Shown: positions 9,029 to 19,487 of the stretch, in pieces
Layout: each line of letters begins with the position of its first letter
How positions within the stretch are numbered: position 1 is the first letter of the stretch
From: Balanoglossus misakiensis
Lineage: Eukaryota > Animalia > Hemichordata
Direction: 5' to 3'
NCBI GenBank assembly: GCA_040954595.2
Contig: CM082577.2
Span: 14,577,903-14,641,902, forward strand
DNA length: 64,000 nucleotides
Program-made: the position numbers and the translations under genes
Notes under the pieces: model-generated
Database searches by the model: none
Seen by the model: the letters and a program-made list of their open reading frames with translations, nothing else
What the model was told of the DNA's origin: nothing

Positions 9029-10354
9029 TTACAGGCAACAACACAGCGATGCAAGCGGTGAACACAGGTCGTTACACAATTGTTTAGCCTTAGAAGGAAA
9101 TTGTTGATGAATGTCTTTAACTATGGATTTTTCAACCACAAAATGTATAGGTTCCCTGGACGATTTTATCCCAATATCCTTTTTTTTAATTGGTTGTAAA
9201 TTGGCCATGTCCTGAGACGATGGTTTACAAGTCTTGTATGACGTCAAAGACACAACATTATCTATATGATCCAAAAGGCTACCGTTGTTGTTTTTGTGTA
9301 ATATTTGTGCGTGTGCATCATCTTGCTCGAAAAGATAGAATGTTACCGACGAAGAATAAATGTCACTTTCGTGAAGATGTGCACGGTCTGGTCCGATTTC
9401 AAAATGTTTTTCGATGACTATTGCGACTCTATCATTACAGTGGTTTTTCATCGCCCTTAACACGGACGGTTGCAGTTGCTGCAGACGCAACGAATCTTTA
9501 CGGCTGAAATTCCGTGGGGTCAGAGGATCATCCAAAACAGAGGTTGTGGCGGAACACATGACTGCAACGACTTGTTTTAACAGAGGCAGTAAACCGTCTT
9601 CCGGTGACATTAGGCGATGGATGTAATTTCTGTACGCAGACCGAGTGATGAATGGGTTATTCGTAGACATGCATACTTCATGAATAAACCTCTTTATCCG
9701 CACATACAATTGATCAAACTCTATATATTTTGATTCTTGGGTGATACCAGCGATTATGTTTTTCACCAGAGCAAACAATAGTTGTAGATGTCTTTCCAGA
9801 CAACTTATTGCAAATAATGCTGAATAAAAATTGGCCGACAACCACTGTGGTGTAGATTGAATCCAGAAAGGGTCGTCAAAGTCACTGCGTGTACTCAGTC
9901 CATGGCCCGCGAAAGTTTCCACGTCCGTTCTACACTTGACAGCACGTGGTACTTGTAAATGTTTCAGCGAATTCTCGATGGTTACCTTCCATTTTCTCAA
10001 CCTCGCATTGTTTATAACATCCACCGTAACGAACGAATGGCATATTCTCCGCAGTGTCCTCATTAATATTTCGTAGAAAGGGTTGTCACTAACATACGTA
10101 ACTCCGTCAAATGTCCATGAAAATACGTAGTAATCAAACCGTTCATATTGAATGTATTCCTCCCAATTCCCTTTCAACGTGTCGTCAAATAGCGAAGTTA
10201 TAAGTTCTTCATCCTCGACGTCCTTTAACAGAATGTAAACATCTCGCCTATCCCGACAAGTTCCTAAATTGATAATACTTTCCCACTCTTGACAGTTTTC
10301 TTTGCAAGGAACAGGGCCTACTATGAGTTCGGGAGGTTGTTTGACAATATCCAT
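9029..10354 (-). CDS. Hypothetical viral protein (about 441 aa from first ATG) ending in CCCL
   Basis: Long intact ORF in the viral block; terminal CaaX-like motif. Confidence 0.7.
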   Translation of the reverse strand: MDIVKQPPELIVGPVPCKENCQEWESIINLGTCRDRRDVYILLKDVEDEELITSLFDDTLKGNWEEYIQYERFDYYVFSWTFDGVTYVSDNPFYEILMRTLRRICHSFVTVDVINNARLRKWKVTIENSLKHLQVPRAVKCRTDVETFAGHGLSTRSDFDDPFWIQSTPQWLSANFYSALFAISCLERHLQLLFALVKNIIAGITQESKYIEFDQLYVRIKRFIHEVCMSTNNPFITRSAYRNYIHRLMSPEDGLLPLLKQVVAVMCSATTSVLDDPLTPRNFSRKDSLRLQQLQPSVLRAMKNHCNDRVAIVIEKHFEIGPDRAHLHESDIYSSSVTFYLFEQDDAHAQILHKNNNGSLLDHIDNVVSLTSYKTCKPSSQDMANLQPIKKKDIGIKSSREPIHFVVEKSIVKDIHQQFPSKAKQLCNDLCSPLASLCCCL

Positions 10355-10612
10355 AGTCAATTCAAAGACTCTCAAAGCAGTCTGTTAATGGTCTCATATT
10401 GACGCAAAGTAGAATTACGGCTATGAATAAAAGAATTACTGTTAAATTGATTGTTTTGTCCAAAACGTTTTGAATCTGATATCAACGTGACAGGCGAACC
10501 ATGTCGGGCGAAACTGGCTGATATCAGTAATGTTTACAGTTGTTGCTGATTGGTTGAACCATCTTCAATCATCTGCTCACTTGCAAAACAGAATAACAAA
10601 CTGAACAGTATC

Positions 10613-10860
10613 GGGAATTTCAGAGTTTGGGTGGGAAATTTTCCAACAACATTGTATTGTAGACACACAGAGACACGATTAGAACAGAATATTGAAGGAG
10701 ATTGATTATTGATGCGTGTGACATTGCAGAGGGCGTTCAGTTGACTTCAAATACACGGTAGCCACCATGCAAATTTAGTCACCGTTTCCATGGAAAGTTG
10801 AGATGAAGCCAATCACATATTTTGGCGGGGTGGCCGAATGATCGGGGAATACACTATAAA
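10613..10860 (+). promoter_or_regulatory. Candidate Pol II promoter of the A20-like gene with kappaB-like sites
   Basis: GGGAATTTCA (10613), GGGAAATTTTCC (10633), CCAAT (10809), GC-rich box (about 10824), GGGGAATACAC (10844), TATAAA (10855). Confidence 0.35.
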
Positions 10861-11193
10861 AAAAACAAGACAGTGAACACCCATGTGTTTTCTTTATTTA
10901 CATACATTTAAATGCGAACTAAAGACCCCGAACCCAGATAGCCCTTCTATAGACCGGACTTTGAAACAGCCATGCCCCTAATTGTTCTGACCCTAAAAGA
11001 TGTACAAGTTGGCACGTTTGTCCTTGAATTAGCTCGTGGATGACATCGACTGTAGTATCATGTCGCGAGTTCGACAGGTATGTTCACGGTGTACCTACTT
11101 AAACGAGTAGGTTTAATTAAAAGTCACCACAACGCTCAACTACTTTCTACGTAAACGATCGGCGTTCATACTGTTCGAGAAGCTATCAGCAAA

Positions 11194-11631
11194 ATGACAG
11201 AACGGGCCTCTGTTCGAAACGGACAAGTATTTTATGTGTGCACAACGCTAGACTGCGAAGCTGTCGGTTTCAAATCTCTCGATGGACTCTGTTGTAGGTG
11301 TTACGCACTGAAGGCCCCGAACCCAGATAATCCTTGTACAGACCGGACTTTGCAACAGCCACCGGGTAATGCCACCCACTGTTCTTACCCTGCTTGTTCC
11401 AACGTCGCCGTGTCGGAAAATATCCTATTATGCCGTGTATGTCTAACCATCTTAGACGAAAAGGGAAAGACACCCGGCAAAGAAAGACGCATGTCAACAA
11501 TCAAAGAATCCACCACAGAAGACAATCCCTCTGTACCCAAAACTCTGTGCAGGTTTCCGGCTTGTACCCACTTCGGCAACGAAGATTGCGTGGGATATTG
11601 TAACGAATGTTATAAAGTGTTGACGAAATAA
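11194..11631 (+). CDS. A20-type zinc-finger protein with three C-x4-C-x11-C-x2-C fingers (145 aa)
   Basis: Last finger CRFPACTHFGNEDCVGYCNECY closely matches TNFAIP3/A20 ZnF7 ([22 protein letters not shown]); AATAAA at about 11692. Confidence 0.85.
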   Translation: MTERASVRNGQVFYVCTTLDCEAVGFKSLDGLCCRCYALKAPNPDNPCTDRTLQQPPGNATHCSYPACSNVAVSENILLCRVCLTILDEKGKTPGKERRMSTIKESTTEDNPSVPKTLCRFPACTHFGNEDCVGYCNECYKVLTK

Positions 11632-11776
11632 TAGGATTTGACGCTTCCATAGTTTCGTTGTGGACACACTTGACAGCATTCAAAAACTGGCAATAAAATG
11701 ACCAACATAACTAATATTTTTTTCGTCTATTGTCTTTTGTAGTAAGGTCGCAATGCTTTCCCAGCATGCACGTGTC

Positions 11777-12691
11777 TCATTTGATCCCCGTGCATGACTT
11801 GTTAAAGACATGTCTTCGACGACAGTATGTGGACTTCCCATATTTATGTGCTGTTATCTTCGGATTTAGTTTGTGAAGATGGTATTTAAGTTCGCAGTAA
11901 AATAATGCAATTTCTGATTCCATAATTTTTAGAACAGTCTTCAGTAGTGGCCAACATCTCGTTAAAACAACCACTAATATTATTCCTTTATACAAGAGAA
12001 ATTCGAACACGTATTGGAGGCCAGCCACGGCGCAAATATCGGTCATGACAGTAGGGTTGCAATCTCCACGAAGTGACACCCAAAAAAGTAACTGAAGTGG
12101 GTAGTACATGACATATCTCGAAAGTGTAATACTTTTGTACCACTGCAAATCTGCACACAACCCACCGGCCCCGACACCTCTCTGTATCCAATAAATGACA
12201 TCTTGCCACCAATTGCGGATGTTCGCGCAACCACCACGTGTGTTGAGAGCTGCCATGGCATCGAATATGTCCATATGCCAAGCGATTTCCGAATGAATAG
12301 GTTTTCCAGAAAAACAATGTCCTTCAAAACACCTTTTGAATTTCTCAAAACCTACGGCTAAAGGATCTATGATTCCTCTCAAATCTTTCACAATAGCGCT
12401 CAAAACAACACCTAAACCACCAGTGATTTCCTTGAACAACTTCACGAGAAACAATCCTATGATTGAAACGACAGCTGTTGCCAGCGCGATGTACAAATAT
12501 GAATTCCAAGGTGCAAATCTGTAAAGAGTCCGACATACAGCTTTTGTGAGATGCCAAGCGGAAAGCTGGTGTTTCACAGTATCCTTATGTCTGTATATCT
12601 GAGCCTCGTACTGGTACACGACTTTATCGTCTGCCTTGTGCCCTAAAACCATGGCGCCCAGTGGTATCTCAAGATATAATATATTTATCAC
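11777..12691 (-). CDS. Cys-containing multi-pass membrane protein, possible envelope protein (about 291-304 aa)
   Basis: Hydrophobic segments YLYIALATAVVSIIGLFLV and YVFEFLLYKGIILVVVL flank a Cys/Trp-rich loop; head-to-head with the terminase. Confidence 0.65.
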   Translation of the reverse strand: MINILYLEIPLGAMVLGHKADDKVVYQYEAQIYRHKDTVKHQLSAWHLTKAVCRTLYRFAPWNSYLYIALATAVVSIIGLFLVKLFKEITGGLGVVLSAIVKDLRGIIDPLAVGFEKFKRCFEGHCFSGKPIHSEIAWHMDIFDAMAALNTRGGCANIRNWWQDVIYWIQRGVGAGGLCADLQWYKSITLSRYVMYYPLQLLFWVSLRGDCNPTVMTDICAVAGLQYVFEFLLYKGIILVVVLTRCWPLLKTVLKIMESEIALFYCELKYHLHKLNPKITAHKYGKSTYCRRRHVFNKSCTGIK

Positions 12692-12724
12692 GTTATTAAT
12701 GTGTAAAAATATTCTCTACCGGTC

Positions 12725-13429
12725 ATGGAGGCAGACAAGCTCAGCCCATTTGTCAGAGATGCCCAGAGAATGGACGCTCTCATTACACAGTGTAGACAAC
12801 AACAAGACCAACTTAGGGGTGTGTTTTTAAGAAAACACGCGTACAAGGAAAACTATATGTTTTCTCGCGTTGAAGACGTAGACGCGAGACTGTCTTTAAT
12901 GAAAAGGGCTATACAAACCATCCGATTGTTATGCAAGGGGAAACAATTTACGTTCGAACCTTTCCAGGAGGAGATGTGTAGGGCCATAATGTTAAGTCGC
13001 TTACGACATTTTTTTGGTGAGGAATCTAAAAAGTTTTTCTTGCCTGTGATGAAATACCTAGGTATAATTTCAGCACACTTTGACGAGCGAACATGCGACA
13101 GAATCAACCTATCGAGAGTACGTAGCCAAATAGAAGAATATAACCATAAGTTTATCGTTGTCATGGTACCGAGACGCTCTGGTAAAAATGCCACCGCGCA
13201 AATTATTGCCACGACACTTTTATTGTACGAACCAAATTGTTCAATCATAGTTTGGGCTCAAGACATGAACTGTGCGTTACTGAACAAAGAAGGTATATGT
13301 GAAAATCTATCGCTGCTCAAGACAATATCTGACATACCATTCGATTTTCGCGTTTCCGGGGATACGGTGACAGTCGTAAGATGTGATGGTAGTAAAGGCA
13401 CTCTGCGCGTAAAGCCTAATTCGCCTAAT
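12725..13429 (+). CDS. Herpes-type DNA-packaging terminase ATPase subunit (UL15/UL89 homologue), exon 1
   Basis: FEPFQEEM (cf. UL15 LELFQKM), Walker A VMVPRRSGKN (cf. VPRRHGKT), ends KPNSPN (cf. SSHNTN) immediately before a GTAAGT donor at 13430, phase 0. Confidence 0.85.
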
Positions 13430-14006
13430 GTAAGTGTAAACACATTCCATCTACTATTATGTATTTGCATTGTATCCAGTTTACATTTTGTGTTCAATAT
13501 TTATTTCATTATTGCGTACACTTGGATGGTCATCTCAATGTAGTTGTATTTGTAGAGGCCTATGGCAACTGGCCATGGCGAAAAGATAAAGGTGCCACGC
13601 TCGACACTCTATCACTATTTGATTTACGTTTGTGTATGGGTTCGAATGGCACAAAAGTCACAGGACGCAAATGTTTAGATCACAGTGTATCATTTTATTG
13701 CGTGTCATACCGATATACAAAGTTAGTACGTACAATTAAACGCTTTCTTAAAGAGTCAGTCAGTGTACTAATCTCAAAATGTGGTCGCTATCCATTCACA
13801 CATGGATCATGCTTCCTTTGTCCCAATGATCGTAAAATTCATCCCATCACACCTGTTTAGATGTGTACAAATCAGCCGTCGAGAGTTCACAAATACTATT
13901 CTACTTAATCGCCATATAATGGTCACGAGAGGGCGCCGTCGCTTGCTGTTTTGTTAGTACAGCACAGGTCAATCAAGGTCATCTATTGTGTTCTGTCACA
14001 GTCCGT

Positions 14007-16079
14007 TCAATTGGCAAATGCGAGGCAATTCATTCTTCGCGCTTGGCTGGCACACGACACTGCGTCAGTGGGTAGTTTAAGATGATCATATATTTCATCA
14101 AATCGACGTTTAAACGACTCTTGCATCACCGCTACATTTCTTTGGTGCATTTCCATTTGCCTGGCCTGGGACGCGACCGTCTGCGTTAACTCATCTACTT
14201 TCGAATTGAGCTGTGCCTTATCAGACTCCAATTGGACTATGCGCATTTCTCGCTCTTTTAGCATAGCCATTACATTCTCCGCGGCTGCTGATTGCTCCCT
14301 ACAGTTTTCCAACTCGGAACGGAGCGACTCGATAGCAGCTGCTTGTTCCGCACTATGTTCTTGGTGACGTGAAATGGCATTGTACAGACAAGCGCCCTGT
14401 TTCGAGTTGAGAAACTGTACGATAGCTTGAAAGTTCTCATGACTATTCCTTGTACGGGGGCTGTCTTTCACAAATTCTTTCAATAGTTGACATTCTATAG
14501 TGGCGATCGTGATATCGCGTTCTGTTTTCTTGAGTAGGCGACTACCGACCTTTTTCGACATGCCTGATGTGATCTCGTCAACGCCGAATACAACAGTGGC
14601 GCCTGCCAACACCGAGGACATGGCAGTGACGTAGCAACCTAACACAGTATAGCCGAATTTATCATACTGTGTGCACAAGTCGACGCGTGAAGAGTTGGAA
14701 TATTGCGGTTTTGAGCGAATGATTCGGGCCACGGTGGAAACAATCGCACTATTCTGACATGGTTCGTTGTTTTGACCGGATAATCCTAACGGACACTTGA
14801 ATTTAGTTCCAGATCTGCTTTCTATCAGTTTTATTGCGATTCGTTTTGTTGGGCCAGACGATTCGATTACTTCAATGGTTGGGTTGTCCGGGATAATTGC
14901 GTCGTTAGAAACGGTTACATTTATCACTTTGCAATCTTCTAAGGGTTTCATAATCTTAAACCAATAAATTGTCGCTGGATACACTTGTTCACCAACGTGC
15001 ATGTAGTACAAATTGTTCTTTAATTGTGGGGGCAATTTATCGCAATCTCCATACAGCACAGGCATCCCAACCACAGCCGCGGCAGAATTTATGTCATCCT
15101 CTGTCGACAGTTGAATCAAAGGAGGGGTTTTCGAGTCCAAGAAATCGCATACATAATTCTTGTTCCGTTTACAGTCTTTCATTCGCTTGCGCTTGGCAGT
15201 TACCGAAGTATTGTCTCCCAACAGCGAAAACTGATCGTTTCCACATTGCACAGTAATAAGGTTCCAGGCCTCTTTCGGAGATAGCACGTGATAATGCCCG
15301 TCTTTCATTAAAGCGATGCACGGAAAATCATTGCTTTGACCTTTCTGTAACATGTATGATATAGGTGTTCTGATTGCGTCGTGAAACTCTTTCATACAGT
15401 CATTATCGCTTGTGTATAATGACAGAATAGCACCAAAATTGCCGCGAATGGTCAAATGGCGTTCCGCGTCGTTCGATTGGTCTGGTATTAAATCCTGAGT
15501 ATAAGACATCGGACTTTGTGCGTCGAGCGGGGGGTGAATTTCAGCGGCAGATGCGCGAATTTCCTCTGGAACTTGATAACTGGTGCATGGATGAGAAACT
15601 GCAGTGGCATTCTCTGACGGCCCCGGGTTATATTGTTCAGTGTGGTTGTCGGATCCACCGTGCCGGTCCGCGTGATAGAACGGAGAAGAGTCTATCGAAC
15701 TGGGTTCATTATGGACTAAGAATTCGGTCGTTGCCTCTGTGGCATTCACGCTCGGGGCCTGACGGGTATGATCTGATACGCCTAGCAACAAATCTATGAT
15801 GTTTGGAGACTCGTTCACCATTTCGGCCGAAAAATCTTGTTCAATATCGTCTCCAAATAAAAAGTCTTGGACGGTGGTATAAGGCTCATCGCTCGATATA
15901 TCAGGAGCCATTTCTACATCACAAGCCTGTATGACAAAAAATGAGGAAATGTATTAACAGTTGTGCGAAGACACAGTGGGTTAACAAACAAAATGCGTTT
16001 AATGTGTATATGTACTCACGGGAATTTGAACCTGTCGGAGTACCGTCTGTAGAAAATCACTATAATCGGTTTGAGCCAT
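14007..16079 (-). CDS. Spliced gene (exons 16079-16020 and 15926-14007): disordered N-terminus, conserved central domain, C-terminal coiled coil
   Basis: ATG at 16079, GTGAGT donor at 16019, pyrimidine tract plus CAG acceptor at 15927; phase-0 join into the 634-aa ORF. Confidence 0.75.
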
Positions 16080-16488
16080 CTTCAATAATAAGCTGTACTC
16101 GTGGTTGACGTTCGCTTTATACATGTGCAACGTGTGTTCACATCAACATGCATGGGTTAAATTCATGTATGTTGTTGTGTATCCATCCCAGTTTACGTGT
16201 AGGCCGTCGCGATCACGTGACAAAATACGAGGTCATTATTACCACCACAAGCTACATATAAGCTGCCGTGACCACGTTATGTGTATGTATTTGTATGTAT
16301 AAATTACTTCATGTACGTGATGTGTAACTATAAAGGTGATGTAGTTACATCGAGACACCATCTTAGTACACACACACTGCACAACTTGCATAAAATGTAG
16401 TTCATACACGTATACAAGCACGGTGTTTTGTATCAAAAATAGTTTAATAACAGCTATTCTACAATGACTTTAACAACCACTGTAAGTA

Positions 16489-17377
16489 TCATTCTGTCAA
16501 GTTCATTTTTTCGTCTAGGCCAGGGACCATCTTACACATTTCGGATAATGCTAGAGCTAATATTCTGTTTTCCAGTTCTATATTGGATATTTTATCTATG
16601 GGGTTGTTTTCAAAATCTGTAACGCTTTCGTCATCATGCAACAACAATTTGAACCACAAAATAATCGCTACGTATGAGTCACCTTCGAAATTGATGACGG
16701 ATATTGAGTCATTTGCATAATCAGATATATCACATAGTACCGGCATTCCAAACTTCGCATACAACCACCTGTTGGATCCTTCAACAAAACGGTCTGTTTT
16801 AAGTCTGGGTGTCTGTTCTACAAAATTACCTAACGCACGTGGGTTTGTAGTTAACCCAAGTTCACGAAGGATATCATGGCTATTTTGCAAAACCATGGAT
16901 TCTACCGCGTCTAAATAATGCATGGCTTGTACACTGCCATCTTCCCTTAGGAAAAGGGTTGAACACCTATCAACACCAGGAGTAGCTAAAGCTTCCAGCG
17001 AAACAGTACACGCACTGGGGACTGATTGCCAAACTCCTCCACGTTGTTTATAAAAAGCTATGTATTCTTTGAAACACGACCCGTGTGCTTGTATCGTTTT
17101 TATTTTATTTAACAGTATCATTGGATGGTGATTTTGCGACCTCCGGTGTGTTGATTGGTGAACATCCTCAGAGACGACCTAAACAGTTGCATTGATAGAG
17201 AGGAAGATAGAAAGAGTGGTTTAGTGGAAAGTAATATTTAGTCAAATGTTGGCAACCCGATTTACATGTAGAATGACATGTACGTACCTCAGTTGTATTT
17301 TCAGTAGATATATCCCGGGATGAATCGTCGGGTTCATGAATAGGCGTTTCCGTATGTTGTTCTTGGATCACACGAAC
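16489..17377 (-). CDS. Spliced paralogue of the preceding gene (exons 17377-17288 and 17178-16489; first exon not found)
   Basis: Shared motifs GMPVL...Y.A.I.WFK and C..L..DG..; GTACGT donor at 17287; TAG acceptors at 17179 and 17378 keep the frame. Confidence 0.65.
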
Positions 17378-17462
17378 CTACAAAAAAACAAACAAAAGTG
17401 TAACATTTTTAACATTGCTTGGGACCACTCCGCTTAATGGTTAGCACACACACACACAATCG

Positions 17463-18021
17463 CTGGCTCGCCGTTGACTGGACCAGCGCGCCCTCAACCG
17501 TTAACAAACAAACGAACACCGCTTCGCAATGTCCCAGCGTAAATCTCTCTTGACAGTAAAGTTTAATTGGCGGTCCACGGGATACTAATTAAACAGTTTT
17601 CAAAGCAATGAAGCCCTTACACGGAGGCGTGAAAAACTAATTGTCCGCCTCGAGCTAGCTAAGTATTCGGCTTCAACCGACTCGCCATTTTTAAGCGCAG
17701 CCAGATAGTAGCGCGTGTTAACCCCCCCCCCCCCCCCACCCCAACCAAATCAGCGACGAACCTTCAATGCCGGCTGACTGGTAGCAGAAAACACAAACGA
17801 CCTTGAATCACACCACGACAGTAGTCGGGTCTGTGAGCACCCCCAAACGCAAATTTATCGGCGAAAAACTACGGGAGCTTTTTGAAACAGCGACACTGGC
17901 TCGCTGTTGACTGTACCAGCGCGCCCTCAACCGTTAACAAACAAACGAACACCGCTTCGCAATGTCCCAGCGTAAATCTCTCTTGACAGTCAAGTTTAAT
18001 TGGCGGTCCACGGGATACTAA
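17463..18021 (+). repeat. About 125-bp direct repeat pair (17463-17588 and 17896-18021)
   Basis: Near-identical ctggctcgc...cgggatactaa copies. Confidence 0.9.
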
Positions 18022-18039
18022 AATGATCGACCCAGAAGT

Positions 18040-19487
18040 GGCCAGTAACGTTTGAATTCCTAATTTGCATACAGTTCCCCAACTTTGTTTAGCAATTTGC
18101 AACCCATTTCTGACAATAATTCACCCCAGGCACATTACTGGTACTATGAGTTTACTACGTGTGATTTTTCATGAAGTTTTAAGAAATTCTTTACCTTCAC
18201 TGACAAAATGTCAACGTGACCTTGAAGTTACAACTTTTGTAAACAAATATCTGCCATACCCACACAAAAATTAACCCCTCATGTTTTAGAAACATTATTA
18301 AAACCCTCTATTCATCATTTTGACACGAATACAATCCCCCCCTCCCCTTCAACTTGAAAGAGTTATCGCTGCCCGAGTTGTAGGTAGATCAAAATGCAAG
18401 TCATCGAGAGCTATTTGAGCCATAGATAAACAATGCGTAAATTTCTGCTGTATTTAGATAATAATCGCGGTCTCTACGTCAGTCGACAACTTTTGCCGGG
18501 CCGTTGATACTTGCCATAACGTAATTCGAATTGTATATTTGCCATAGCGCTACAAATCTCATTCACCTGACATGTCTTATTTCGGGCCACCAACACGTTT
18601 TTGACAAATAGTTTACGATACAAGTCGATTGAAATGTGGCAAATAAATGTTGAATTAAACGTACGTACCAGTTCTGTATCTCCGCCGGACAGATATATGT
18701 TGAAATCATTGGATCGACAAATCGGTGTTTCCTCTTGCAGTTCACGGAGAAGGCGGTTCTAATAACAACAAATACCATAAAAAAATATTTGATAACATTG
18801 GATGAAGTTGTTAAATTCTCACAAAATCTATTTTACCTCATTTACATTGACAAGAGTATTTGATACATCTCTGCACACTCTGGTGAGAATAAAAAACTTA
18901 CGTAATCATCTTGCCCTAGTAATGATTCGGATATATTTTCATCCAGCCCAATCAAATCCATGTTGTCTGATAACAGTTTATACCAAGAAAATGGTAGCAA
19001 CATGAAGACAACCCTAATATTTATACAAGAACACTTCAGAAGTTAATTAAAATCACATGTAGGCACTTGACGACAATTATTCATGCCATCAGACAGAAAA
19101 TGACATTAGTTGGTCTCTCGTGTATAATTGTTTGACTCGAATATTGAAACTTGACGACAGACATTGGACATGGTGCAACGCAAACGCTTGAACTTGCCAG
19201 TAACGTTTGCATTCCTCATTTGCATACAGTTCTGGCAATTATTTCACCCCGGGCACATTACTGGCACTATGAGTGTACTACATGTGATTTTTCATTAAGT
19301 TTTATCAAGAAGAATTTCTTTACTTCCACTGACAAAATTGTGAACACGAAATTCAAAGTGACCTTGAAGGTAACAAAAACAAAAAACAAAGAAAAAAAAA
19401 ATATCTGCCATACCCACACAAAAATTAACCCCCTCAGGTTTTAGAAACATTATTAAACTCATCTATTCAAAATTTTGACATGAATAT
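18040..19487 (+). repeat. About 290-bp diverged direct repeat pair (about 18040-18331 and 19195-19487)
   Basis: gccagtaacgtttg...ttttgaca segments align by eye. Confidence 0.8.

Larger units (their letters stand above)
1..17400. mobile_element. Endogenous herpesvirus-like (Duplodnaviria) genome segment; left end lies outside the window
   Basis: Tightly packed, mostly intronless ORFs on both strands with short intergenic gaps, AATAAA signals and TATA/TATT-like boxes; includes a herpes-type terminase ATPase exon; gives way to host-like repeats at about 17.4 kb. Confidence 0.8.

Noticed and set aside
12725-13543. Full 272-aa ORF with a hydrophobic tail as a membrane-anchored terminase
   Set aside because: The tail begins exactly at a consensus GTAAGT donor and is best explained as intron read-through
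1-17400. Bacterial prophage or contaminant
   Set aside because: Spliceosomal introns, AATAAA signals, A20 fingers and a LINE fragment are present; no operon-like layout
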